From contig NW_003526941.1 of NCBI RefSeq assembly GCF_000181795.1, forward strand, positions 2,445,700 through 2,509,699: DNA of 64,000 nucleotides, read 5' to 3'. A model generated the notes under the pieces. It was not told the DNA's origin, made no database searches, and worked only from the letters and a program-made list of their open reading frames with translations. The DNA comes from Trichinella spiralis (Eukaryota). Of the stretch, positions 39,902-52,412 are shown piece after piece. Within the stretch, counting starts at the first letter, position 1; the number at the start of each line of letters is the position of its first letter. Made by a program: the position numbers and the translations under genes.

Positions 39902-41045
39902 CTATTCAGATAAATTTATATTTTGTACAGCGTCCTTTAACACAATCACACTGTCTGAAAGATCTGTTTTTTCTACAACCACTGCTTTTTGTAAGCCACT
40001 TGATCCAGGTGCAGTAGTATTTTGTTGTTCTGAGTTTGAAGCCAATGTTGTCATCTGTACTGTCGTTGAAAATGGAGCAGCTGTTGCTGAGCTTTGCACC
40101 TGTTTCCAAGGGAAATCACTGAGTAGCGGCTGCGTTCGGCGGCAACAATCATAGCCAAGCTTTTTCAAACATTTGCTGACCACGTTCAAACTAATTTTCA
40201 CCATGCCAGACATCTCCACTTGGGTTACTGTAGCATAAATAATGAAATTAAAAAACACGTTTCCAAACTTTGAATTCGATTGACTTACAATCTCTAGATT
40301 CAGCCTGAGCAATAAAAGTTGGATCGACGAATTCTGGCCGACGGCCAACAAGCCAGCTAAGGAAGTGCTTGAATTTCGAAGATGCTTTTGGAACAAACAT
40401 TGCTACTTCTCTGACATGTCTATCAGTACAAATAATAATAAAATTATAAATGTGAATAAATAATAAATAAAAAGCAGCTAAAATTTCTTTTCCTCTGCTC
40501 ACCGTCCAGCACTAGTCGGAATGTGTGTAAAGCCGTAGCCTCGAATTACATCATTCCCAAACCAATCAGTACCATAACAAGATAAAACTAACCTAGGCCC
40601 TTTAAATAGGGTAAAATTAACAAAATCACGTGCGTTGGTATAACAAGGCAGTATTTTTATCTACTTACATCCATACGGATTTGTTGATTTGAGCGTCAGT
40701 TCAACAGGAAAATTCAGCACAAAACCGTCTGCTGAATTTTCTAAACTACTTCTACAGCACATCTGCGACAGACCTTCTTCAATTCCCTTTTAAAGAATTT
40801 GAATAAATTTCATAAAAAACTGAAAACTTGTACAGCTTACCGACAAAACGTTCCAATCTGGTCCATGAACAAAACAATATTTGCAATAAATGTCAGATGC
40901 ATTGAAAAACTGAAGAAAAAGTAAACGAAATATTTGCTTTACTTTAAACGATTGAAAATCATTTCCAACTCACCTGAGCAGTTTCAATTTGTCCATTAAT
41001 CATCAGTAAAAAGCCTGTTGGATACATAACAGATGCGGAAGACAT
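39902..41045 (-). CDS. B9D1: B9 domain-containing protein 1 (MKSR-1), ciliary transition zone, multi-exon
   Basis: [68 protein letters not shown]. Confidence 0.95.
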
Positions 41046-41111
41046 TTTTTAAGAGGCCCTATGTACGAGTCAGATTGTTCAAAGTCGCTTCGAAATATGT
41101 ATTGCTAAACA

Positions 41112-41125
41112 GTTTCTATGGCAAC
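41112..41125. promoter_or_regulatory. X-box (RFX/DAF-19 site) upstream of B9D1
   Basis: GTTTCT-AT-GGCAAC matches the GTHNYY-AT-RRNAAC consensus, 67 nt upstream of the ATG of a ciliary gene. Confidence 0.88.
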
Positions 41126-41982
41126 CGCTTGATTACAACGATTGATTGATCTCTCTTCTGTTCATAAACTGCAGTGTAAAGTAGCAATTTTACAGTAAAG
41201 TTTTCAATAATACTTCCAACAAATAATAACTTAATATTCTTAATGCAATGAATTTTATGCAAATGCTTCAATAAATTGCTATAAAATTTAATAATACTAT
41301 GTGATAAAAATAAATGAATTAATAAACTTCACATCAACAGTTGCATGTTTATGTTTACTGCTTCATCATTGTTTATAATGCTATTGTGTATTGATAGCAT
41401 TCTATAACCAGACACAAGCTCAGCAGTAAAAATTCAGCATTCGTTAGTTTAACATATAATACATACTTATAACTTTAATTGCTTTTAATATATGTACTTC
41501 AAAATCAAAAGTCACATTCTGTTTACTTCTTACAATGTAATTGTTTTAATTCTTTTCAAAGTAGGCTATCCAAATTTTTAAATATATTTTCGCTCAACCA
41601 GTAATTTGAGCTTATACAGCGCAAAGTAACTGCACGGTTTCTTTCTCATATTTGAAGCTTCCGTTGTCATTTGACAGCTTATTGACCAGCGTTGAAGAGA
41701 TGGAACAAAATCTGTTAAAATACAAGGATGTTTGTCAAAATGTTAAATAAATAGTTTTGAAATTAGACCACAATCTACAAACAGGTGGCACATTCATCGT
41801 GACATTAGCCTACTGATGTGATGAACTGGTAAATCGGTTTTGGGGTTGTGAAAAGCGCAACATCTTGTACTGGTTGGACTTACAAATGAGCTGATTAGAA
41901 AAGTCCATGCATTTGCAAACGTTCTTGCATTACACCATCATCCGCTGTCCAGCTAACAAACTCAGTTCTTTATTTAATTAAA

Positions 41983-43468
41983 ATGTTCGCTCCTGCTATC
42001 CTGCTGTTGCCAGTATACTTTTGTAAGTGCTTGTTTTTAATTTTCCCAAAAATATATCTCTACCATAACCAACTAATCCATTAATCATTATAGCGCTCTT
42101 TATTAATTTATTCTAAAACTAATTCTTACAGACTTCGTCAGCATTTCCAATAGTCAAGTTTTTGAACTTTGTCCATCCGGATCTCAGCTACTAAGTGATT
42201 CAATGGGTCGACCAAAACGTTGCTTGCCACATCGAACTGATTTGTGCAATCGAGACGGACTGGCGCCAGTAGATACTTGCTGCTACCGTGCCGTAGGTGA
42301 TTACTACTGCTGTGCCGGAGTACCACAACCGTTGTGCCCAAATTATGAAAATTACACCTCAGTTATTTATAAACAGTTGTATGCAACTGGCTCCAGAGAA
42401 TTACCATTTCGGCAAGCGCTGTTTAATCATCGTTTCGGTGAATACAACAATATAATTAGAAATGGTGATATCTTTTTCGACCAGTTCAATCACCCTGATC
42501 CAAATTGGCAGCCTGGGACAAGCTTTTCAAATTCTGACACTGGTCAAACTGTTTTCCAATCTTTTGGATATGGAAATGCCGCTCAACCTTTTACCCCTGT
42601 GAGCACAACATTCTTTATTCCACCATCACAGAATGAGGCAATAAATCATAGAAAGAGATGTGAAGAGAAAAAGTCAAAGTCCAACGAACAGACAGCTGTT
42701 TCTTCTTGTGAAATCGTTAATAAAACTTTCACAGTTAAACAACCAGAATATATCCAAGAAACAGAGCCCATTGAAAATAATATCATAGCTGAAACACCAT
42801 ACATGGAAGCCGTTGACAAAAAAGAAATAATTGAAGGTTTAAGAACACCAAGCCCCTTATCACCAACTGAATCAACAGCATATGTAAATACTCAACCGCC
42901 AAATTATGGCGAACCCATTTCTAATCATTTACAGCCAAATTATTTCAGTCGAATCACACCAAACATGTATGTTAGGAGACCGCAGCCTCATAAAATAGTA
43001 AAACCAAACGTTAGCCGTAATAGGAATGGATATGCTTCTGGAAATCGGTACGGTTCCACCATACAAGCCTTACCCACTTTGGCTGTACATCGGCCACCTT
43101 TTCAGCTCAAAATACCCACACGTTCAAGTGGTCCACCTAGAATTCAACCATCAATATCACCAACATTATTGAAGAAAAGTCGCAATCAATCAAGACTCAA
43201 TACCAATAAACAACTTCAGCCTACTAAAATCGCCGAGGCTTTAGCCCTCATGGAAATTCGAAAACAACAACAACAACAGCAACAACCATTAATGATGTCA
43301 TCATCACAACCGTCATGGTTGAAATCCAACACTGTGACAAGCAGAGAAATGAAAAAGAATCAAAAAAAGCGTCTAGCTTCAGTCCAACCGTCTGTTGTGG
43401 AACTTCAGTTACCAAAAGCATATTACCTAAATCTCGTACCTACTGAAGCAATTCAACCTGATCAATGA
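41983..43468 (+). CDS. Secreted protein: signal peptide, N-terminal Cys module, long low-complexity Pro/Gln/basic tail; 2 exons
   Basis: MFAPAILLLPVYF|YFVSISNSQVFELCPSG...RPKRCLP....C...CC......CC; the phase-1 intron ~42023-42131 joins the 421-aa ORF. Confidence 0.8.
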
Positions 43469-43537
43469 TTTCATCTGCTTCTGTGTCATTTTATTTGTTT
43501 TAATCAATTAAAAAGAAAAACCGCTGTTAGAAGCTTA

Positions 43538-46500
43538 TTAGCAATCAGCAGTTGCAGCATCAAGCAAACAATACGGAATGCCAGAACAAGAGCTGCAATC
43601 GTTTTCATCATTCAATCGATAAAGAGCAATTCCACTAAGACCACGAGCAGCAGCAAAACGTGCCTTGAAATATTTATTTAAAGAAAATCACTTGAAATGG
43701 CCAATTCAACCAAGCCTACCTTATAACGTATCGTTTCTGGTCGTTCATAAAATAAAATTTCATTACAGCTGTAAGCAACTGCTCCCATGTGGCGATAGCT
43801 AATAAATTCTTTCATTTCTTTGCGGATCACCTTATGGCACAATTCATTCATCCTGTACTTGCGATCATATTCCAAATATTGGGCGTGGTCGCGCAAATTT
43901 GATAACACATCCTCAACTGATACATTGGAACCACAACCAAGATTGAACTGAATGCCGAACGAAGACAACGCCAAAACAAGTTTGTGCACTGGAAATCCTT
44001 GATCTTCAAACATACTAATAGTATCTTCCTAAAAATCACAAAACCAGAGCAGCATATTACATGTAACACGACAAAATTATCAAAAACAAGAAAAACAAAA
44101 TTTGCAGACTATTGCAATTCTTCGGTTGGTTTCTGCAATGCCTAAGCCTCTGTTCGACTTAAATGACAGCAATGTGATGTAATCAAATAGTCTAAAAAAT
44201 CTCCTTTAACATACAAGATTCATAATTGAAATAAAGCGAGTGTAATATTTTAACTGTAACAATAAATTATATATAAAATTGAAGAAAATTCACATTGGAT
44301 ATAATGTGAAATTTCAGTACTACTATCAGTAATTTATTGCTGTGTGCTGCACAACGTTAAAAATTTCAAGAATAAAAAAAACACTTGCAAAGTATACCCA
44401 TAAATAGTTTCAACGAAATGTTTGTTTCCCAAATCTATAGGGTACATTTCAGCAGCAAAACCAAACTCTACCGGACACTGATTACTTGCTGTAGGGTTAC
44501 GTTTCAGCTCAGATTTCAATTTCTAAAATTCAGCAAGAAACATTTCTATCCAATGCTCATCAAAACCAATTTCTACAGGTGAACATCACTTTTAAAATGT
44601 TCAATATGTGTTGATGCTGAATGTTTTCAATATAACCAAAATGCAATTCCACTGCGTCAAAGTCGAATAATTCTATTACTCGAACAAACTCTGCAAACCA
44701 ACGTTCATCCTGAGCTGAAAACAATTCACAAACTTTTTAAGTATTTCAAATGCATATCTTGAATAACAGTGTCAAAAATCGTATGGTTAAAATCTCTACT
44801 CATCAGTCTAATAATTTCATTGTAAGAATGAATGCCATGCTTTTTCTGCACAACTGCGACCAATTTCAGACCATGTTGAATTCTCAAACTTAGCAATTCA
44901 TTCAATACTCGCATTGTCGACCTGAAAAAGTTATTACATAAAATGAGATCTCCTTCGATACAAAAAGCTTACCAACTGGTATGTATTTTCAACTCTCCAT
45001 TACGATCTTTGAAAAAATATAAAATATTCACAGCCAAATGGGTACATCGCTTTAATGGCAAGTCAGAAGAAAACACCGCATCACTATCCACCTCTGTAGA
45101 GTAGTAGCAAATCACTTTCTTACTACTCTTTTGACAATGGTTTTCCAGTGTTTCACAACGAGGGTGGCACAAATAATTTTCTTTCATCGCCCTCAAACAA
45201 GGAAATTTTGAACCTTGTAAACAAATACCACTTGAATCATCCATATGTACGTTGAGCAATGCCATACCCCCAAAACCGTACATTGTCGCAAAGCGAGCCT
45301 AAAATAAACTCCCAATAAAACAAGACAATTACAATAGATATACAATATTTATATATTGATTTCTTTAACTGTTAAAGAAATTTAAAACTCACTTTTCTCA
45401 CAATTGTTTCAATGTTATCATAAATCAGATCTAATAAACTGTCTTCATATTCTGGAATGGACATGTAAAGTTGCTTGCAAAAATCACTATGTGTGCTCCA
45501 TTGGTGTTTAAAAAGCGCTCCACCAATCAGAAGTTTTTTTCTGTTTCCAGTACGATGAATGAGATGCAAAAATTCTTCCTAAATTAATTTGTTTGATAAA
45601 AAAAAACATCAAGCACCCCCAACTCATAGTATCTAATTACACTTTCAGCTTCATAATATTTCAATAACAAATTCAAATAATCAGCTCTTCGTAACCACTG
45701 TTCAGCTTCGTTGATGAAAGCATTCACATTCAAGGAGATAATAAAAAGCATTTTGTTACGATTAGACGCCATTTGCCGGATGTTTAAAATTTTGTTATAT
45801 AATTTCTAGAAGTAATAAATTACCTGCTTTTCCATCTTGCATGTAGTAAATATAACAAAGTTTACTTCAGCGTATAACTTTTCATATTCTTCTATTACAT
45901 TAGCAAACTCAAAGTGCAAATGAACTCCATCAAAATCAAATTCATTCATTATGTGTTCTACGTTTTCTATGAATAAATTTATATTGTTTGAAGTATCGTT
46001 TGAAGAGAACTTCCAGAAATCCAAAGAATGAACTGATAAAAGCACCGCTGAGAAATTCGCTCGCTTGATTTTCAAGAGCTCCATATGATTGAGCAACAAG
46101 TGCGGATATACTACATTTCCAGGACTGTCGAACTTGCCAACATAAATGCTCAAATGAGTGCAACCGCTTTTTATCAAATTATCAATTTCAAATGGCTCAT
46201 TTCCATTTCTCAACGTGTAAGTGCACAATCTAAGAGTACCTGCCTGTATTTATGTGCGCAAATGATTTTCAAACACCTATACCTCACGCATTGTTCATAC
46301 AAATCACTGTTTTGTGAGTTTTTCGTCTCTTTATCATCTGCTGACGATAAAACTGCGTGAACATGCAAACAGCCCATCTGACTGTGAGCCATTTTGACAA
46401 GCGGAAATGTATAAAAGCTTTTGCTGCAGTAGCCAGTAGGATCGTCAAAATTCACATCTGTCAGTGCTATTCCACCCAAATTTTTGTGCTGAACCCAAGC

Positions 46501-48238
46501 TACTTTTTCTCTTATCGTTTCTTCGTCGTTAAATGCAATCCAACGATCATTAGATTTTTTGTATTTAGAATAAGCTTGTTCATGCATATCTGCATCGCTA
46601 ACTTTGCAAATCTACAACACTTACAGTAAGTTTCAAAAAAAAGTATAATATCACGTACATGTCGATAATTAAAAAAGTCAGGACTGTTTCTAATAACCGA
46701 TGCTCCAACAATGTTTTCATTCGGATTGAGAAAAACAAAAGAATGAACTTTAAGGGAAAGGCCAACGACAATTTTCGACCGCATCATACCCGCAGATAGC
46801 AACTTATTTACCACAGGTTCCTGAAATTCAGTACTTTGTTTAAATGTCAAAAAGTTGCCAGTGAACATTAACTGCCATATTTCATTCAACTATTAAACAG
46901 ATCATTAAATACTTGCCAGTGCATTTTCTCTATCAGGGATACCGGATGTATGTAACGGGTCGACAAAATAACTTATATGGGTATCTGTCATCTCATCAGA
47001 AGCAATTATTACAAAATCCACATATCTGCAATAATAAGAAAGAAAACATAAAAGTTATTCAAGTAATTTTTTGATATGCATTATAATTGAATTATAAAAT
47101 TATAAAATTTCATGAGCTGAATACAATATTTAGATAAATTTAATTAAATAGTTATAGTTATTACCATTTTAAATTCTTATAAATAAAAGTTGTACGAAAT
47201 ATGTAAAAAAAATTTGCAAAACTATAAACATTTAAAACAGATCACATGTTGAAATTATTATTTAAAAATGAATTACTTTGAAACGTCAGCAATGATTTTA
47301 GGTATTTGTTGAGCCACAGATCGCTTAATACTAACTGCAATGATCATGTTCTTCCTCAGAGAAAAATGCCTGGCTTGATGCATTTCCTAAACACTCGTTT
47401 CAGTTATCCATATCAGGAAATTAGCAATCAAATACGATAAGAAACTGAATGTAATTTGAATAAGGAGCAAAAACTGGAAGATTCAAGAGAAAGCCATTGA
47501 AAGCATATTCTTCGATCGCTCTGTAAATTGAGTGGCTCAATTTCGACCGAAAATGTCGAACTGACAAGGAATCGTAAAACTCTACGTCAAACGATATGTC
47601 AATAGCAAGAAGAGTTGTCAACGATTTAAATTTTGTTTTCAATCTGCAACAGCGTCAATATTGTCAAAAATTTCATTGTTTCTTTTAAACAGAAAAACAA
47701 AAACAAAAAGCAGCACGAACTCAACATTAATATACACTAATTAGATTGGAATTATAAAGCATGAAGCACGCACCGATTGATCCATGCATAAGATCGATTG
47801 CTGCTAGTGTATAGCTTTTCACTTGGATGCCGTGCAACTACATCCCAAAACTGATTTACAAACGCTGATTCATAAATCAAATGGGTGCAGCTTTCTACAG
47901 GTATTTGTGACGCAGTCAAGTCAGCGTAATCTGGATTATTGTCAAAATTTGGTTTGTAATGGCATGCAAGAATGCACTGATTGTTCTGATCTAAAATAAA
48001 AGTAGTCAGCATGTTTCAAGTACAACCTTAAACCACAACGTTGACCAGTATGCATTACCATACACATGCAAAATACGAAAAATAACAATAATGCAACACT
48101 TTCAAAAAAATCATTTATTGCATGTTCATATGTAATAATAATAATATACAAATAATACACACCAACATCGGTCACTGCATCATAAGAATATGTTGAAAGC
48201 ATCCAACAGTACGCGCAGAAGATGCTGAAGAATAACAT
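43538..48238 (-). CDS. Secreted chitinase-like protein with three tandem GH18 domains, all with degenerate catalytic motifs; multi-exon
   Basis: Signal MLFFSIFCAYCWMLSTYS. Three C..Y...CTHL starts (SCTHLIY, GCTHLSI, RCTHLAV), three K.V.G/L motifs and three K...(L/F)GG/SG(I/M)AL ends. GT-AG introns link the domains in frame; TAA at 43538-43540. Confidence 0.82.
46821..46916 (-). other. GC-AG intron in the triple-GH18 gene
   Basis: AAT GCA CTG|gcaagt...tttcag|GAA CCT GTG; the GT 4 nt downstream hits a stop with each nearby acceptor I tried. Confidence 0.7.
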
Positions 48239-48657
48239 TACGCTTAAGTAAATGCAAGCAGACACAAAATGACGAAAAGCAAATTTTAAGCATTTTAAAG
48301 TCTCTATCAAAATTGCGTGATTGTCAACTAAAATGAAACTGTCAAAATTATCTTGAAAAAGCATCCTAAAATGACAAAAAAGCCGCTTCACCTCTGCACT
48401 GCATCATGTGAAATAAAAAGTAGTACATGTTAAAATTTTCATTTATTGGGATAAAACACAGAAAGCCTAATCTAATCACACGCATCATGCTGATTGGCGT
48501 GTTGAAAAAAACAAAAACAAATATCTGCTTTAATTTTCACCGCAGTTGACTGATCCAAGGAACCAGCTGGATCCAATCTGTCTTTGCAAAACTTGCAGTT
48601 AGAAAATAAAAGCAGCCGTTATAAAAAAAACGTTCTCACGACAGCCGTTATCATCAT

Positions 48658-50986
48658 TCAATTATTCATAATGTACGGCGGAACCATGGTTATTGTTACA
48701 TTAATACCAAGATTACCACTGTCAGCAAACAGTTGAGCCGTATTGGTGTCAAAAGCCAAACAATCAGACTGCGATATAGCATTTGCTACACCTTCGTGAA
48801 TACTTCTTGGTGTAGCTTCCCAGCACAACCGTCGACGAACAGATGACAATTCCAAACTACAACAAATATATTACATAAAAACTTCAAATCAAAAAGTTTA
48901 ATTAATTTCATAATTGCAATTACAGCAATACTTCTATAAATATAACAAGCAATTGTTACAAAATAACATTTATCAGTAAATAATACAAACAGTTCACCGA
49001 TACAAAAAATTTTCAGCATGTTGACGAGAGCCAATTAACTGCACAACAGCGTAAAACATTTGATGACCATCACACTTTTCTTGCTTTTCAAGAACTAGCA
49101 TAAAATGATACCCGAAGCAACTTTGCATCATCACCCAGTCCACTGATCCGGGTAAATTAATGTCAGTAGCCAAAAAAACAATGTCTTCACCTAAATTTCT
49201 CAAATTTATTTTAAAATATTTACTTGAAATTCATACATGCCTTGCAATGTAGTAATAGATTTATGAATTTTCACTAGATGAGGCATAACTGCATCTAAAT
49301 TTCCTTGCCATTTACAAGACGCACCAGGGCATGGACAAGAATATGGTCTAATTTAAAATAAAAAAACTCGAATATCATACCGTAAATCTTTTCAGAAACA
49401 CCGTTACCGAAATTCACATGCTTCTTCATGTTCCACTTTCTCCTGATAAAGCATAGCCGCTGGACAACCATTAGATGAAAATTTACAAGGAAAAAGTACG
49501 GAGTTTGCTATTTTTTCCATCACCAAGTTTCTTACTGAAGCTGAAAATATAGAATAATATCTGTCATTAAAAATAATTTTGGAAAAAAGAACTAATGAAA
49601 CCAGCACTGCATATCTAGCATAACTAAAACCGTGCCAACTGCTGATTTACAACGTTACTTCTGAGTGCATATTTTTCATTTGCCAAACTATTTCAACATA
49701 AAGAATATATATTAAAATTACAGCTCAGATTAATACAAAATGGTATATACTTAAATTTTATTCTTACGACAACGTTTCAAAAATAACAAATCTTCAACTT
49801 ACACATATGAACTTGACAGTCAAAAATAAATACAGTAACAAGAGATTAGCGTTAGATTTAAAGTTTAACTAAGGTACAGTTTTCATATAACATAAAAATA
49901 ATATTGTATAAATAAATGTGCTTAAATAATATATGTGCCAAAATTTAATGTAATAACTTAAACTTTCCACGTTAACAAATTTCTAAAAATCCGCAATTGC
50001 ACATTTGATAAAAACTTAAAAAAATAATACTAAACGCATACTTAATAAAGTCTGAAAATTTACCAATAAAATAAACGAAGCAATTAATCTTTAAAATCTT
50101 ATTTGAATGAAAATTACTGACAAAAAAACACATACTCACTTAAACATAGACAATGTAAAACAAACATATAGACAAAGAAAAAGTCAAAGAATAAAATTAA
50201 CTAAAACCAAATGACCAGTTAAACATTTAGATTCTTTTAGTAAAACACGGTAAAATCACTTTTTCTACACGTGCTTCAAACTCATGCATATATATATACA
50301 TGAATGATACTTACGCACTGGCCCTCGACATGTTGGACAACATGTTAGTTTGGGACGACAATTGCCACAAACAAGGTGGCCACTTTGACATTGTAAGTAA
50401 GGTGGCAGCATGTAATCAAGACAAACAGGACATTCAAAAACCGATAAAACTTCTGCAGTGCATGAATTCTGAGGTACATGGGCACTAGAAGATGTACTTA
50501 ACTGTGTTGGAACGGCGGTCCCGGATGAGGCAGGTGCTGGGGCAGTTGGTTGTACATCAGCTATCAAAATATTATATATATAATTAAAATGTTAATTCTT
50601 GAAATTATAAAAATACAAATTTTAATTAACACGCAAAGCAATACATCCAGCATATTAACAGAACTGATTGCATCACTTTAGTCTAATATGAAAAAGCCTA
50701 AATTTCAACATAATTGTTGCCTTACAAAACGTTTTGCAAGTCAATTAATATCGATCTGCATAAACAAATGAAAAGGCAAATGTCGATTGCCTCAATTCAC
50801 ATCCTTCCATGAATATTAAAAAATCAAAAGGAAAAAGTATTTTCAAAAAATTCGTATAGTTAAAATGTAAAAAATCCACATTATTTTCTCTTTCTTACAT
50901 GCAAATCAATTGAAAAATAATAAAGAAAGTGATTTGATTAATATTTCAGAATTACTTGATATCTGTGTTGTATTCACTCCAGCCAT
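48658..50986 (-). CDS. siah-1: Seven-in-absentia (SIAH) RING E3 ubiquitin ligase, multi-exon
   Basis: [95 protein letters not shown]. The first exon (ATG 50986) is less certain. Confidence 0.95.
49191..49240 (-). other. GC-AG intron (50 nt) in SIAH
   Basis: ACA TTG CAA G|gcatgt...tttag|GT GAA GAC restores the conserved SITTLQGEDIVF; the GT 4 nt later yields M-stop. Confidence 0.88.
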
Positions 50987-51796
50987 TTAATCGGATAAAA
51001 AATCCAATTAGCAGTGTACACGTTTTCTGACTTCACAATTCTCAAAGCTTTTCTTCTCGACAAAAGACGACAGCTACACGTCTGCAAACAACAATTAACC
51101 TACAGTAAACAATAAATAGGTACAATCCAATATCAAAAATTTAATACGAAAAGACAAAAAGTATGTATTACTTTTCCGACAAATAATTTATCAGAAATCA
51201 ATTTTGCTTCCATTTCAATTCAATTTAATGAAGTACAAATAAAAAATTCAAACATACAATATCTTTTCATCGATTATTCTCAAAAATTATTTTTCAAAAT
51301 TTAGTAATGAAACTACTAAAAGCAGTATTTTTGACAATAAATTAAGACATATTATATTATATTATATTATATTATAAAATTATAATTGTAAATTATCAAC
51401 TCAACAAACCAAAGTACATATATCAATGACAATAAGATATATTAAAATAATCTGCAGTATACAATAAATTAAATCCCAGTTGCTAAAAAGAATTTCAACT
51501 GCCCACACTAATATGAAAGATTGATACATTGTTTCATTTTTCTAGCCACAAAAGATATGAATGCTACATGAATAAAGCTAAAACTCACCATTTCCTTTTT
51601 AAAATAAGAAATTTTACATTGCCAACCTGGTATTCAATTTTATAAACAGTGGCCGTCATGACTTTTATCTTGCCTGATTCATCACTTACTTCCGTAAACA
51701 AGTTGAAATTAAATTTTCCTGTGTAAAATATATTTGCTTCTCGGAAAAAAGTAGTTGTTAAAGCTACATTCTCAAAATATGTGAGAGAAGAAGAGC

Positions 51797-51838
51797 ATTA
51801 TCATCATCATCATCAACAACAACAACAACAACAACAAC
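51797..51838. repeat. (CAT)n(CAA)n compound microsatellite upstream of SIAH
   Basis: cattatcatcatcatcatcaacaacaacaacaacaacaacaa. Confidence 0.85.
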
Positions 51839-52412
51839 TATTACTACATACTATTACAACAATAGCAGCATATATTAAAAACTGTATTTTTTTTCAGTTT
51901 TCCCTTCTTAAACAAAAATTGAAAATTTCAGCAATTCCACAAGTTCTAAACAAAATGACCAAAATTGAAAAGTACAATTTACAAGAAACAACAATGCTTC
52001 AAAGAGAATAAAGAAAATAGCAAAAATAGTCACGAGCAGAGGCGAATTGGAGAACGTGTCTAAATGTTTTCAAAAGCCGATATGCTGTCTCAACAGGTTC
52101 CTTGGGTGTGCATAAACAGCAACTGGAGAAGCGGGTGGGTGTCGACCTTTGTCCAGACTGGGCGTCATTTGAGATTTGTTTGCCGTCGATGTAAGCTTAA
52201 AATTTCCAGATTTCCCACGCACCTAAGCGCAAACAACGCTCACGGTTTTGAAAGCGCGCGCGGGCGTTGGCCGGCTGAGTGACAATAATAACAGGAGAGT
52301 CCGACCAGTTCTAGCTTAAGCAGTGCTTGCAAACGATGCCGGCAGCGTTGCACAATTTCGGTTGCCAAGATACACTGCAAAACTTATCTATTGTATTTTG
52401 ATTGTTTTTCAC

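Noticed and set aside
44140..44149. GCCTAAGCCT, which resembles a TTAGGC telomerase template
   Set aside because: It falls in a coding exon of the GH18 gene (RGLGI on the minus strand) and has no supporting structure.
51781..52011. ORF with polyH/polyQ
   Set aside because: It is the translation of a microsatellite, with a GTG start and no splice support.
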